Source of the DNA: Gemmatimonadales bacterium
Lineage (GTDB): Bacteria; Gemmatimonadota; Gemmatimonadetes; Gemmatimonadales; GWC2-71-9
Assembly: GCA_965249575.1 (NCBI GenBank)
Contig: OZ252244.1
Location: 3,712,001-3,776,000 of the forward strand
DNA: 64,000 nt
Direction: 5' to 3'
Below, piece by piece: positions 1-8,949 of this stretch. Made by a program: the position numbers and the translations under genes. The notes under the pieces were generated by a model. That model searched no databases and was not told where the DNA came from. It saw only the letters and a list, made by a program, of their open reading frames with translations. The first letter of the stretch is position 1. Every line of letters begins with the position of its first letter.

Positions 1-970
1 CGTCGTCGTCGAAGCGGAGCCCGGCGCGGTCGGCCCGGACCGTTCGGGAGTAGAGAGACAATTTCCGATCGGTCAGGAACTTGAACAGCAATCGCGTCCA
101 GGAGCGGTGAGACACCAGGGTCTCATACCATTCCGGGGCGGTCGACTTGATGCGAGGCAGCCGATTCCAGGGAACAGAGGGGAAGTCGTGGTGCTCGTTG
201 TGATGGCCGACGTTGAACGCGAGGCGGTTGAGTCCTCCGTAGTACGAGTAAGTCTCCTGCACCTGGTCGACCATGTAATGCCGTTGTATCCAGCGGGCTC
301 CAAGCGGATGGAGCCCGATTGAGAAGAAGAGTGACGCCACGAGATATACGAACGCCTTCGGGCCCAGAGCCGCGAACACCGCGACGTCGGCGGCCACCAC
401 GACGACGATATTGAGTACGGTCCAGCGGTCGAAAAGTGCGATCTCCTTCAGCCGAAGCGGCCGGATCATCTGCGCGACGGGAAAGAGCGCGAGCCAGAGC
501 GCCTTGCCCAGGAACGACCTCCCAACGAGGCGCGCTTCCCAATGACTCGGGAGGTCTGCGTCGAGGTCGTAGATGCCCTGGAAGGCGTGGTGTTTGAGGT
601 GATACCGTTGAAACGAGATCGCGCTGGGAACGACCTGTGGTAGGTTAGCCACGATCGAAATCAGGGAATTCATCGCCTTGCGCTTGAACACGAGATTGTG
701 GGCGCAGTCATGGATGAGCACGTACAGCCCGTGATCGGCGAATGCGCCGACGACGTAGGCGACCAGAAACAGCGCCCACCAAGGCCGGTCGGCGACGAAC
801 GCCGCGGCGCCGAACTGAAGGGTGACGACGACCAAGATGGCGAGGGCCGTGTATGGATTCTTCCCGATCAGGTTGCGGATCTCGGGGTGTTTCTGGAGGA
901 TGCCTTTGGTTCGCGCGCGATGGGGTTCTGGAGAGCGGCTGATCACGAAGCCCGCCTCGGGTGAGCGCAT
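1..970 (-). CDS. Membrane fatty-acid desaturase, sphingolipid delta-4 desaturase (DEGS1/DES1)-like; 3' end runs off the window
   Basis: Manual translation from ATG at 970 (RBS GAGGAAGAG upstream), open to position 2. MRSPEAGFVISRSPEPHRARTKGILQKHPEI; His boxes HDCAH, HLKHH, HNEHH; GLHPLGARWIQRH and QETYSYYGGLN motifs. Not in the ORF track because no stop is reached. Confidence 0.88.
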   Translation of the reverse strand, partial: MRSPEAGFVISRSPEPHRARTKGILQKHPEIRNLIGKNPYTALAILVVVTLQFGAAAFVADRPWWALFLVAYVVGAFADHGLYVLIHDCAHNLVFKRKAMNSLISIVANLPQVVPSAISFQRYHLKHHAFQGIYDLDADLPSHWEARLVGRSFLGKALWLALFPVAQMIRPLRLKEIALFDRWTVLNIVVVVAADVAVFAALGPKAFVYLVASLFFSIGLHPLGARWIQRHYMVDQVQETYSYYGGLNRLAFNVGHHNEHHDFPSVPWNRLPRIKSTAPEWYETLVSHRSWTRLLFKFLTDRKLSLYSRTVRADRAGLRFDDD

Positions 971-1153
971 GTCTCTTCCTCGTCGGCCCCACAGGGCGCA
1001 GATTGTAAAAGGAACGTGATGTATGGCCGTCTCTGGCCGGCGAATGAACCCTATTTGGCTCCGAGTGCGCGCTCTGTCAACCAAGTGGTCTAGAATCTAG
1101 AATAAAGAAGGCCACAACCATACGAGACTCGGCGGTCTGCGGTTAACGGCGGT

Positions 1154-1738
1154 GTGGCTCGTGCGTCCAACACAAGTGTGACCAGTCCGACCGCGGGTGA
1201 GGGCGCCGTCATCCCGGATGCTGACCTCATCGAGGCCTGGCGCCGCGGGGACGAGTCGGGTGCGGCGGAGCTGGTCAGACGGCACGCGAGCGCGGTTGCG
1301 CGGTTCCTGAGCGCGGCTGGGGGTGGGGACGATGTGGACGATCTGGTCCAGGAGACGTTCTTTAGAGCGTTCCGGGGGATTCACGGGTTCCGGGGAGGGG
1401 CGAGTTTCCGAACCTGGGTCATGGCGATCGGCTCCAATGCTTTAAAGGATGCGCGGCGGCGAGAGGGCCGGCGGCCAAAACTGGCCGCGGAGGTGTACGA
1501 CATTGCGGACCGGTCTAAAGACCCACATGCCGATGTGGAGGGCAGGGACCTGGAACGGAGGTTTCAGGAATGCGTCCAATCGTTGCCGGCAATGCAGCGG
1601 AACGTGTTCCTGATGAGGGCTCAACAGGGCCTGGAATACGACGAGATCGCCGCGGCGCTGCAAACGACGGTTGGAGCGGCGAGGGTGCACTACCAACATG
1701 CCGTGAAGCGGCTGAAGAGGGACATCGACACATCGTAG
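1154..1738 (+). CDS. ECF RNA polymerase sigma-70 factor
   Basis: DDLVQETFFRAF and SFRTWV (region 2); LPAMQRNVF...YDEIA (region 4). Start codon uncertain. Confidence 0.92.
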   Translation: MARASNTSVTSPTAGEGAVIPDADLIEAWRRGDESGAAELVRRHASAVARFLSAAGGGDDVDDLVQETFFRAFRGIHGFRGGASFRTWVMAIGSNALKDARRREGRRPKLAAEVYDIADRSKDPHADVEGRDLERRFQECVQSLPAMQRNVFLMRAQQGLEYDEIAAALQTTVGAARVHYQHAVKRLKRDIDTS

Positions 1739-1784
1739 TTCACATTGAATATCATGTGAATCAACATGATGTGATGGCAGTTAA

Positions 1785-2180
1785 GTGATAAAAAACCAGC
1801 AACTTAAAGATTTAGCCAAGAAACTCGGCGGTCGGGCCGCCAATCGTCTCGATGTGGACGGAGTGGCGGCTGACGTCGTCCGGCGGCTCGGGGAGAGCCG
1901 ATCTCAACCTGTTCGCCGGCTGCCGCCGCGGCTCCTTCGGGCGGCGGCGATTGCCGCGCTGGTGGTGGGGGTTGGGGTATTCTCGGGTCGCTTGGCCTGG
2001 CGGTCAGGTGGCGAGGGAGTGGCGGCGCTTCCGGAGCTGGATGAGCTTTCGGGGGTCGAGCTCGAGGAGCTGCTCGACTCGATGGTGGTTGCCAGGCCCA
2101 CGTCCGAGGTGCTAGCGGTGGGACTCGACGATCTGGATGAAGTCCAACTCAGCGAGCTGCTCCGCCTGATGGAGGGATGA
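1785..2180 (+). CDS. Single-pass membrane protein, putative anti-sigma factor
   Basis: One hydrophobic segment (AAAIAALVVGVGVF) and an acidic C-terminus; directly after the ECF gene. Confidence 0.6.
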   Translation: MIKNQQLKDLAKKLGGRAANRLDVDGVAADVVRRLGESRSQPVRRLPPRLLRAAAIAALVVGVGVFSGRLAWRSGGEGVAALPELDELSGVELEELLDSMVVARPTSEVLAVGLDDLDEVQLSELLRLMEG

Positions 2181-2674
2181 TGCGCCGACTCTGGATGGTG
2201 GGTTGTCTCCTAGTCGCCACCGCCGGGCCGGTGGCTGCGCAGGACCGACCGAACCGGGAGATGCTCCTCAGGCAGGTGGTCGAGCGGTTCATGGAGAACT
2301 ATCGTGCTCAGGCCGGGCTCACGGACGAGCAGAACGAGCGCTTTCGGGCCGCGCTGCGTCGCTCATTCGAGGAACGGCGCGAGACTCAGCGTGCCGAGCG
2401 GGAGGCGTGGCGGGCGCTCGAGGGCCAGATGCGACCGGGCGTGGCTGCGGATCCCGACAGTCTCGAGGCGCTGATCGGTGCAATCGTCGACGCGCGGGCC
2501 CGATCGATCGAGCAGCTCCGGGCCGAGCTCGACGAGTTTGCGACCTTCCTCAATCCCGTCCAGCGGGCGCAGCTTCTCATTTCCATGGAACGGCTTCAGC
2601 GGAACGCGGAGGAGATCATCCGCCGTCGTTTGGAGCAAGGGGCTCGCAGGGGCGGGGGCCGTCAAAACCGGTAG
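2177..2674 (+). CDS. Secreted helical protein, Spy/CpxP-like periplasmic protein
   Basis: Signal peptide ending VAAQD; LTDEQ and LNPVQRA motifs; ATGA overlap with the previous gene. Confidence 0.65.
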   Translation: MMRRLWMVGCLLVATAGPVAAQDRPNREMLLRQVVERFMENYRAQAGLTDEQNERFRAALRRSFEERRETQRAEREAWRALEGQMRPGVAADPDSLEALIGAIVDARARSIEQLRAELDEFATFLNPVQRAQLLISMERLQRNAEEIIRRRLEQGARRGGGRQNR

Positions 2675-2785
2675 CAGCCGCCCCAAAACCCCTGCCCGGG
2701 GCTGTTAACCGGATTACGTCACCCGTCGTGGTAGTTGTTGGTTCCCGCCGACGGGTTATCTTCTTCGACCCCATCGTAACGTAAA

Positions 2786-2868
2786 GCCCGAGTGGTGGAA
2801 TGGCAGACACGCGGGACTCAAAATCCCGTGCCGGCAACGGCGTGTGAGTTCGACTCTCACCTCGGGCA
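2786..2868 (+). tRNA. tRNA-Leu(CAA)
   Basis: Acceptor GCCCGAG/CTCGGGC plus discriminator A; D-loop TGGCAGA; anticodon arm CGGGA-CTCAAAA-TCCCG; long variable arm; GTTCGACT T-loop; CCA not encoded. Confidence 0.97.
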
Positions 2869-2991
2869 TGGTGCTCCACACGGTGCGGCACTCCGCCACG
2901 GTCTCCCTCCCCCGCTCGCAACGCCCGCGCCAGCGCCCGGATTTACCGGCCAGTCCAACGGCGAGATGCCGCTGGTGCTTGAATTCCGCGT

Positions 2992-4068
2992 CTACTGACC
3001 GGCTGCCGTGACCCTCACGGTGAGTTTCTTGGTGATTCCCTTCGCGTGGTCCATCCCCCACACGGTCACGTCATTCACATCCACATCGAGCGTTGTGCCG
3101 GCTGGGGCATCGAGCTGAATGGTGAGCTTCCCGTCCGGCCCAGTCTCCCCCCGAGCCATGCGCCCGTCTTCCGCGATCGGTTTGTCGCCGTTGGGTGGGT
3201 CCACCCGACCGATCTTGATCTTGGGGTTCCCGTCGAGCCAAATCCACACATCGCGGCCCGGTCGCGGGATATCGGACAGCGCTCCCGACCCGGACAGCCG
3301 CGCAGCCCAGGACATCCACTCCACATCCTCGCTCTCACTGGACCCGATGTCGGCGTCCGCCGGGCCGATCGAGCCTTTCTCTGTCTCGCTGTTGGGGGAG
3401 CTCGGGTTCGTCTCGGTCGTCTCCTCCGGGGTCTCTGGCTGAGTCCACTCCTCCGGCGTTTCGGACCCACCGTCGTCGTCTCCGTCGCAGCCTGTGAGTC
3501 CGAGGAGGACTCCGAACGCGACGATTCCCTTGCCCAACGGTGAAATGGACTGCGTCTCGATCTGCAGGTATTCCCCCTGAGCGGGCAACTCGACCGCTAA
3601 CACGTGGATTTGCTTCTCGTCCTGCGCGGTCCCACTCGCGTCCTCGTTTCCTACACCGACGAGCACGAAGTTCGTGGGACCAGAAGGTTCTCTGGCGGTC
3701 CAGCGTTCGAGATGAATCTCGTTGCAGCCTTCCTCGGTGTTCATCACGAGGAAGCTCACGCTCTGGCCCGGGAGCTCCCGCTGATTCATGCCACGCCCGA
3801 CCAGAAACACGTCGTATCCCATCTGTTTCAGCTCATCGGCTACGTCACGTGACGTGCGTCCTTCGCGTTTCAACCTGAGGAAAGCGTCCCAGCCAGCGCT
3901 CAGGTCGTTGGAGAGCCGCCGCGCGAGAGCTGCGTCCCCGGACTGTTGCTCCACGTACCAGGACACGTACCGTTCGGTCGCCGCCCGCTTATCGGATGAC
4001 CCGGTGCATCCTGCGAAGACGATCGCGGCGACGAGCGAGAGCGTAGCAAGGGATCCGGATGACGACAC
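2992..4068 (-). CDS. Hypothetical lipoprotein with a second internal lipobox-like segment and an acidic linker
   Basis: GGGAGGTG RBS before GTG; N-terminal VFAGC lipobox; internal GIVAFGVLLGLTGC. Confidence 0.65.
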   Translation of the reverse strand: MSSSGSLATLSLVAAIVFAGCTGSSDKRAATERYVSWYVEQQSGDAALARRLSNDLSAGWDAFLRLKREGRTSRDVADELKQMGYDVFLVGRGMNQRELPGQSVSFLVMNTEEGCNEIHLERWTAREPSGPTNFVLVGVGNEDASGTAQDEKQIHVLAVELPAQGEYLQIETQSISPLGKGIVAFGVLLGLTGCDGDDDGGSETPEEWTQPETPEETTETNPSSPNSETEKGSIGPADADIGSSESEDVEWMSWAARLSGSGALSDIPRPGRDVWIWLDGNPKIKIGRVDPPNGDKPIAEDGRMARGETGPDGKLTIQLDAPAGTTLDVDVNDVTVWGMDHAKGITKKLTVRVTAAGQ

Positions 4069-4264
4069 GAAACACCTCCCGGGTGGCTGGTGGGGCCGAG
4101 GTACGATTAGTCGAAGCTTGTGAGCCGCCCGTTCGCCCGCAAGGGCTCAAGGGTTGGGAGGGGAGCACACCCAGAGGACTGTAACCGAACCGGCGATGAG
4201 CTTCCTGACGAGACATGGCGGACCTTGCCCTAGGCGACGCCCGTTTCCCGCGACTCCTGGCAGC

Positions 4265-4294
4265 TTGACACCCAACGCTTCAACATTCTATACT
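4265..4294 (+). promoter_or_regulatory. sigma-70-type promoter
   Basis: TTGACA-N18-TATACT upstream of the AAGGAGG RBS of the 4320 gene. Confidence 0.7.
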
Positions 4295-4319
4295 CGCGCG
4301 CATCCAAGGAGGGGTGGAA

Positions 4320-4745
4320 ATGAGAACGATGTTACGCGTTTTTGGGGTGACCATGGCACTCGGACTCGGCATCAGTGCATGTGAGAACAGAGACGACGAG
4401 CAGGTTCGTCTCCTAGAGGAGAACCTGCGGGGACTTGAGGCGAGTGTCGTGAGGGGGATGGCGATGTCCGCGGCCGCCGCGGCGCAGTCGTTTCCGGACA
4501 CGATCGACTGCGGATGGGAAGCTACTTACTCCGACACCGTTGCCGCGACGTACAAGGTCCGGAATCGGTGCGAGTTCAGCGCCTATCTCCGATACTATGA
4601 TGCCAGCGGCACCTTCATACGCCAGGAGCGAATCGAAGGTCGGGATTCGTCAACCGCGAGCATCAGCGCCGGAGAATCGCTGAACGTCGTATGTACCCTG
4701 GTGGAGACCGTGCGCAACGAGAAGTGCATAGTGCAGAAGCTCTAG
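4320..4745 (+). CDS. Hypothetical lipoprotein
   Basis: RBS AAGGAGG; signal ending LGISAC; short coiled segment, then a Cys-containing beta-rich domain. Confidence 0.7.
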   Translation: MRTMLRVFGVTMALGLGISACENRDDEQVRLLEENLRGLEASVVRGMAMSAAAAAQSFPDTIDCGWEATYSDTVAATYKVRNRCEFSAYLRYYDASGTFIRQERIEGRDSSTASISAGESLNVVCTLVETVRNEKCIVQKL

Positions 4746-4883
4746 TGGTCCAGGTCGGCCGGGGCTCACCCGACTCACTTCATCTATCACATCCTCCGGT
4801 CCCGCCCCTTCCGGCCGCCCGAGGCCCGCGGCGTCCCACCTTTTGACTTGAGAACTCGGTCCGCGAGTGGTGGTATCGAACCC

Positions 4884-5654
4884 ATGTCGATTTCCGTTTC
4901 AAGCTTGCTGCAGAACCGTGTCGCCCTGGTGACCGGTGCGGGCCGAGGCCTCGGCCGGGCGATTGTCGGGAAAATGGCATCTGCAGGAGCGAGGGGAGTG
5001 GCGATTGAGATCGATTCAGCCCTGCTGGAATTAGAACTTCCCGAGGGATGGTTCGGTTTCGAGGGTGACGTGCGCGACGAGTCGTCGGTGGCGCTGGCCG
5101 TCAAAACGGTCGTGGATCGGTTCGGTCGGCTAGATGTAGCGGTGCCCAACGCCGGCCTCGTGCCGCTGTGGCGGAGCGTGGAGGATGTCGATCTAACCGA
5201 ATGGGATAATGTGTTCGCGGTGAACGTCCGCGGTGTGGCCGCCACGATCAAGCACGCGGCCAGGGTGATGAAAGACGCCGGCGGATCCATTGTCGCCACC
5301 GCCTCAACAAGCGCATTTCGGTCCCGGCGGGGCCAAGCCATTTATACCGCGAGTAAGCACGCAGTACTTGGCATCGTTCGCTCTGCCGCACAGGATCTTG
5401 GACGATACGGGATTCGGGTCAATGCCCTGGCTCCGGGACCGGTCGCGACCGAGGCCGCGCGGGAACGGATGCAACGCCGCGCGCCGATTACGGGCTTGAG
5501 TGAAGAGCAGGCACTCGAGGCCTACGCGTCGGAGACCGCACTCGGACGAATCGCCACCGTGGACGACGTGGCCAGTACGGCGCTCTATCTCGCGTCCGAT
5601 CTTTCATCGGGAGTCACGGGAACGCTGGCGCCGGTGGAATGCGGCTGGGCGTAG
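4884..5654 (+). CDS. Short-chain dehydrogenase/reductase (SDR)
   Basis: TGAGRGLG, NAG, YTASK and RVNALAPG motifs. Confidence 0.93.
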   Translation: MSISVSSLLQNRVALVTGAGRGLGRAIVGKMASAGARGVAIEIDSALLELELPEGWFGFEGDVRDESSVALAVKTVVDRFGRLDVAVPNAGLVPLWRSVEDVDLTEWDNVFAVNVRGVAATIKHAARVMKDAGGSIVATASTSAFRSRRGQAIYTASKHAVLGIVRSAAQDLGRYGIRVNALAPGPVATEAARERMQRRAPITGLSEEQALEAYASETALGRIATVDDVASTALYLASDLSSGVTGTLAPVECGWA

Positions 5655-5695
5655 CCGCCGGGATTCCTCATGCTTCCGACGAGGCTACTCGATAA

Positions 5696-7078
5696 GTGAC
5701 TGGTCGTGGCTCGCGTGGTGCCGCGGGTATCGCGCCGAAACGTATCACGCGCCGCGCCGCGATCAAGGAGGCGGCAGTCAAAGGCGCCGCGTTCCTGGGA
5801 GCGGTGTCGGCAGGGTCGACGTTGGCATCCTGCTCCCCAGCCCGCCGCGGGGGCGTGACGCTCCGGTGGTGGTCGGCCCAGAATGCTCCTGCCCAGTTGG
5901 CGGCCTACCGATACCAGATCGCGCGCTTCGAAGCGGCGCATCCTGGCATCATCGTGCAGCTCGGCCAGACGTCGGATGAGGGCTACGCGCCGCAAATGGC
6001 TGCCGCGTTCATCAGCGGGGAAGTACCGAATGTCGTTACCCACCTCCCCTCGTTCACGGTGTCGAATTACTGGAGCGAGGGTCTGCTGGAGCCGTTCAAC
6101 GACGTGATCGACGCCGTGGGGCCAGAGAAGTATTACGAGGGCGGGAACCGGATCTACGAGACGACGCCGGGGGAGTATGCCGGGAGCGGCATCGGCAACG
6201 CCGCCGCGAACATGCTGTGGATTCGGCGTGACCTGATGGCCGATGCCGGAATCGATGCGATTCCGGAAACATGGGATGAACTGCGTAATGCGTGCCGCAG
6301 GATGCAGAAGGGCACCGTGTATGGCGCTCCGCTGCCCTACGCGCGAAACGGTATGACGTCGCTCACCATTATCAGCTTCATTCACCTCGCCGGCGGTCAG
6401 GTCTTCTCGCCCGACCTCGACGTCGCGCTCGACAGCGACGCGACGCGCAACGCGCTCGAGTTTTATCGCTCGATGCGGGAGCTGTGCCCGCCCGGAGCCA
6501 CGAATTACAGCTGGCCTCAGAGTCTCTCAGCGTTTGTGAGCGGCGCGTCGGCGACGGCGATGTATACCGGTCGCACGCTGTCTAACGTGACGGAGCGGAA
6601 CCCGGCCATCGCCGACTTCGTCACATGTCGGACCTATCCCCGAATCTCGAGGGAAGTGGCATCCTGGACGTTCAACGGGTTCCCCAGCGTGTTCATCCCG
6701 GCCGCCGCGCCCCACATGACCGAAACGAAGCTCTTGGCAGCGTGGCTGTACGACCCAGAGGGGTATATCAGACAGCTTCATGCCACGCCCGGACATATGC
6801 TCCCGGTGCTTCGGACGATTGCAGACGACCCACGCTATCAGGATAACACGATCATCGACAAATATCGGGCGGAAGTGCAGCTCATGTCGGAGGCAGCCGC
6901 CACCGGAAAGAACCTGGGCTGGGAGAGCCCGGCCCACCGGCCGAACGTCAAGGCCGACGAAGTCATCAGCGGCAACTTGCTCGCCGAGATGGTCCAGCGG
7001 GTCGTGCTCAACGATGAAAACGTGTCGCGGGTCATCGGTGACACCGCGAAGAAGATCGAGGCGGTTGTCAGCTCCTAG
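5696..7078 (+). CDS. ABC transporter sugar-type substrate-binding protein with Tat/lipoprotein signal
   Basis: ITRRAAIK twin-arginine, LASC, FEAAHPGIIV and PETWDEL motifs. Confidence 0.85.
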   Translation: MTGRGSRGAAGIAPKRITRRAAIKEAAVKGAAFLGAVSAGSTLASCSPARRGGVTLRWWSAQNAPAQLAAYRYQIARFEAAHPGIIVQLGQTSDEGYAPQMAAAFISGEVPNVVTHLPSFTVSNYWSEGLLEPFNDVIDAVGPEKYYEGGNRIYETTPGEYAGSGIGNAAANMLWIRRDLMADAGIDAIPETWDELRNACRRMQKGTVYGAPLPYARNGMTSLTIISFIHLAGGQVFSPDLDVALDSDATRNALEFYRSMRELCPPGATNYSWPQSLSAFVSGASATAMYTGRTLSNVTERNPAIADFVTCRTYPRISREVASWTFNGFPSVFIPAAAPHMTETKLLAAWLYDPEGYIRQLHATPGHMLPVLRTIADDPRYQDNTIIDKYRAEVQLMSEAAATGKNLGWESPAHRPNVKADEVISGNLLAEMVQRVVLNDENVSRVIGDTAKKIEAVVSS

Positions 7079-7090
7079 GGTCGGCGGTAG

Positions 7091-8024
7091 ATGAAGTCTC
7101 GATTCGGGGCGGGAGCGCTGTCGACGGTGTCTCTTCAAGCTCCAACCTGGGAAACCCGACTGATCTCGCGCATCAGGTTCACAGCGATCACCCTAGGCTT
7201 GGCGATGCTCACCCTCGTCAACGCCACAACCCCGCTCTGCGCTCAAGCGTGGCATCCAGGGCTCGGCCCGGGCGATCATCGGCTGTGGCTCGATGTTGGA
7301 GAGCTTCGGCGCGAGTACCTGGTGCATGTCCCGAGCGGGTACGATCGCCGGCGGGAGGTACCTGCTGATGTTCCACGGTTTTGGCGGCTCGTTGGACGAA
7401 GCCGCCCTTGCGACCGAATGGCGAAGCAAGGCGGATGCCGAGACCTTCCTCGCGGTGTTCCCAAACGGGTTTCCCAATTCGGAGGGGATACGGTTCTGGG
7501 CTGACGGCCGGGCGCGGAGCGAGGCCCAGGAGGACGTCGCCTTCACACGTGCGATCCTCGACGATCTGGCTCGGCGTTTTCGCGTGGACCGCAAACGCAT
7601 CTTCGCCGTGGGGTTCTCGAACGGGGCGGGGATGGCTTTCCGGTTAGCCGTGCAGCTGGGAGATCGCATCGCAGCGATCGCGCCAGTCGCCGGCCGGCCT
7701 CACAGCATTCAGCCAGGGGGCCTGAGGCGGCCGTGGTGTTTGCAATTGGGACGGAAGATAGAGGATTCCGTCCGGAGACAATCGATGCGCCCACCCGATG
7801 GGCTCAGCTTCTCGGCTGTGGGCTCGATGGCGACACGGCGCGACACGGCGCGAGACGGGCGTTTCACGCGGGTGACTCGCCGGGGCTGCGCGGGTGGGGC
7901 CGAGGCGGTCTCGTATACGATCGATGGATGGGCGCACCACTGGCCGGGTGGGAACAACCGCGGTATCGAGATGTGGGCAGAAAGCGTGATCTGGGACTTC
8001 TTCAGGAAGCATCCGCTGCGCTGA
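7091..8024 (+). pseudogene. PHB depolymerase/LpqC-type esterase, broken by three frameshifts
   Basis: REYLVHVPSGY (frame of 7091); LMFHG and GFSNGA (frame of 7293); VFAIGTED...WAQLLGC (frame of 7733); HHWPGG...IWDFF (back in the frame of 7293). Confidence 0.8.
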
Positions 8025-8123
8025 GAACCAGCCGGGCGTCGGCCCCGGGCCCTTGCGATCCAGCCGCCGCATCCACCATCGTTTGAGCTTCCAGACGGCT
8101 TCCCGGCGGTTGGCTCGATTTCC

Positions 8124-8872
8124 GTGGCAGTAGCGTCCAACAAGTCCTGTCCCAAATGCGGCCGGTCGCTAGCGCCCCGCGCAATGTACTGCACGGCCTG
8201 CGGCGCGGCCGTCGCATCAACACCCGAGCGACTCCAAGCGGCGCTCGGATCCGACTACCAAATCATGGGTGAGTTGGGCAGGGGTGGGTTTGCCATCGTG
8301 TACTCCGTCCGGGACCTGAAGCTCCGCCGGTACCTGGCGGTCAAGGTCATGCGCCATGAGCTGATGACGTCGCGGGTCGTGGTGGAGCGATTCCGGCGTG
8401 AGGCGCGATACGTCGCGGAGCTCGACCACCCGAACATCCTGTCGGTGGCGTTCTCGGGCGAGCAGGCAAGCCTCGTGTACTACGCCATGCCCCGCGTGCG
8501 CGGGAAGGCCCTGAGTAAGATCCTAGAGACTGAGAAGAGCGTGCCGTTACCCGAGACACTGCTCTCGGCCAGTGGAACGAGTCTCTCCCTCAGCGGCGAG
8601 ATCATCGGGACGCCGGAGTACATGAGTCCGGAACTTCCGGTTGCTCCGGGACGTGGGTGCCGGGCTTTTGCATGCGCACGAGCAGCAAAGGGAGTGCGCC
8701 CGGCCAGCAGCTCATATCCCACAACACCCCTGGTGGATCGACCCAGTCGATCATCCACAAACAACTTTGGGAAGAGCCGCACGGCCTAGCCCGCAGTTTG
8801 GCGAAAAACCCCAACGAGCGATGGCAGTCCATCGCCGACGCGGTGCGAGCGTCCAGCGGCAACTTGCCCTAG
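8124..8872 (+). pseudogene. Zinc-ribbon Hanks-type Ser/Thr kinase remnant, internally rearranged, HRD and DFG motifs absent
   Basis: CPKC/CTAC, LGRGGFAIVY, AVKV, HPNI and GTPEYMSPE present; other subdomains lie in other frames or on the other strand (see findings). Confidence 0.85.
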
Positions 8873-8949
8873 GGTCGTAACGAGACTAACCTTCGGCGCC
8901 CATTCCGGGCCCGAGCGGCCGCCTGTAACCGACCCTTGCCACCTCGCGA

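Noticed and set aside
4195..4230. CTGACGA resembling a hammerhead ribozyme core
   Set aside because: No stem II followed by GAAA and no supporting flanking stems.
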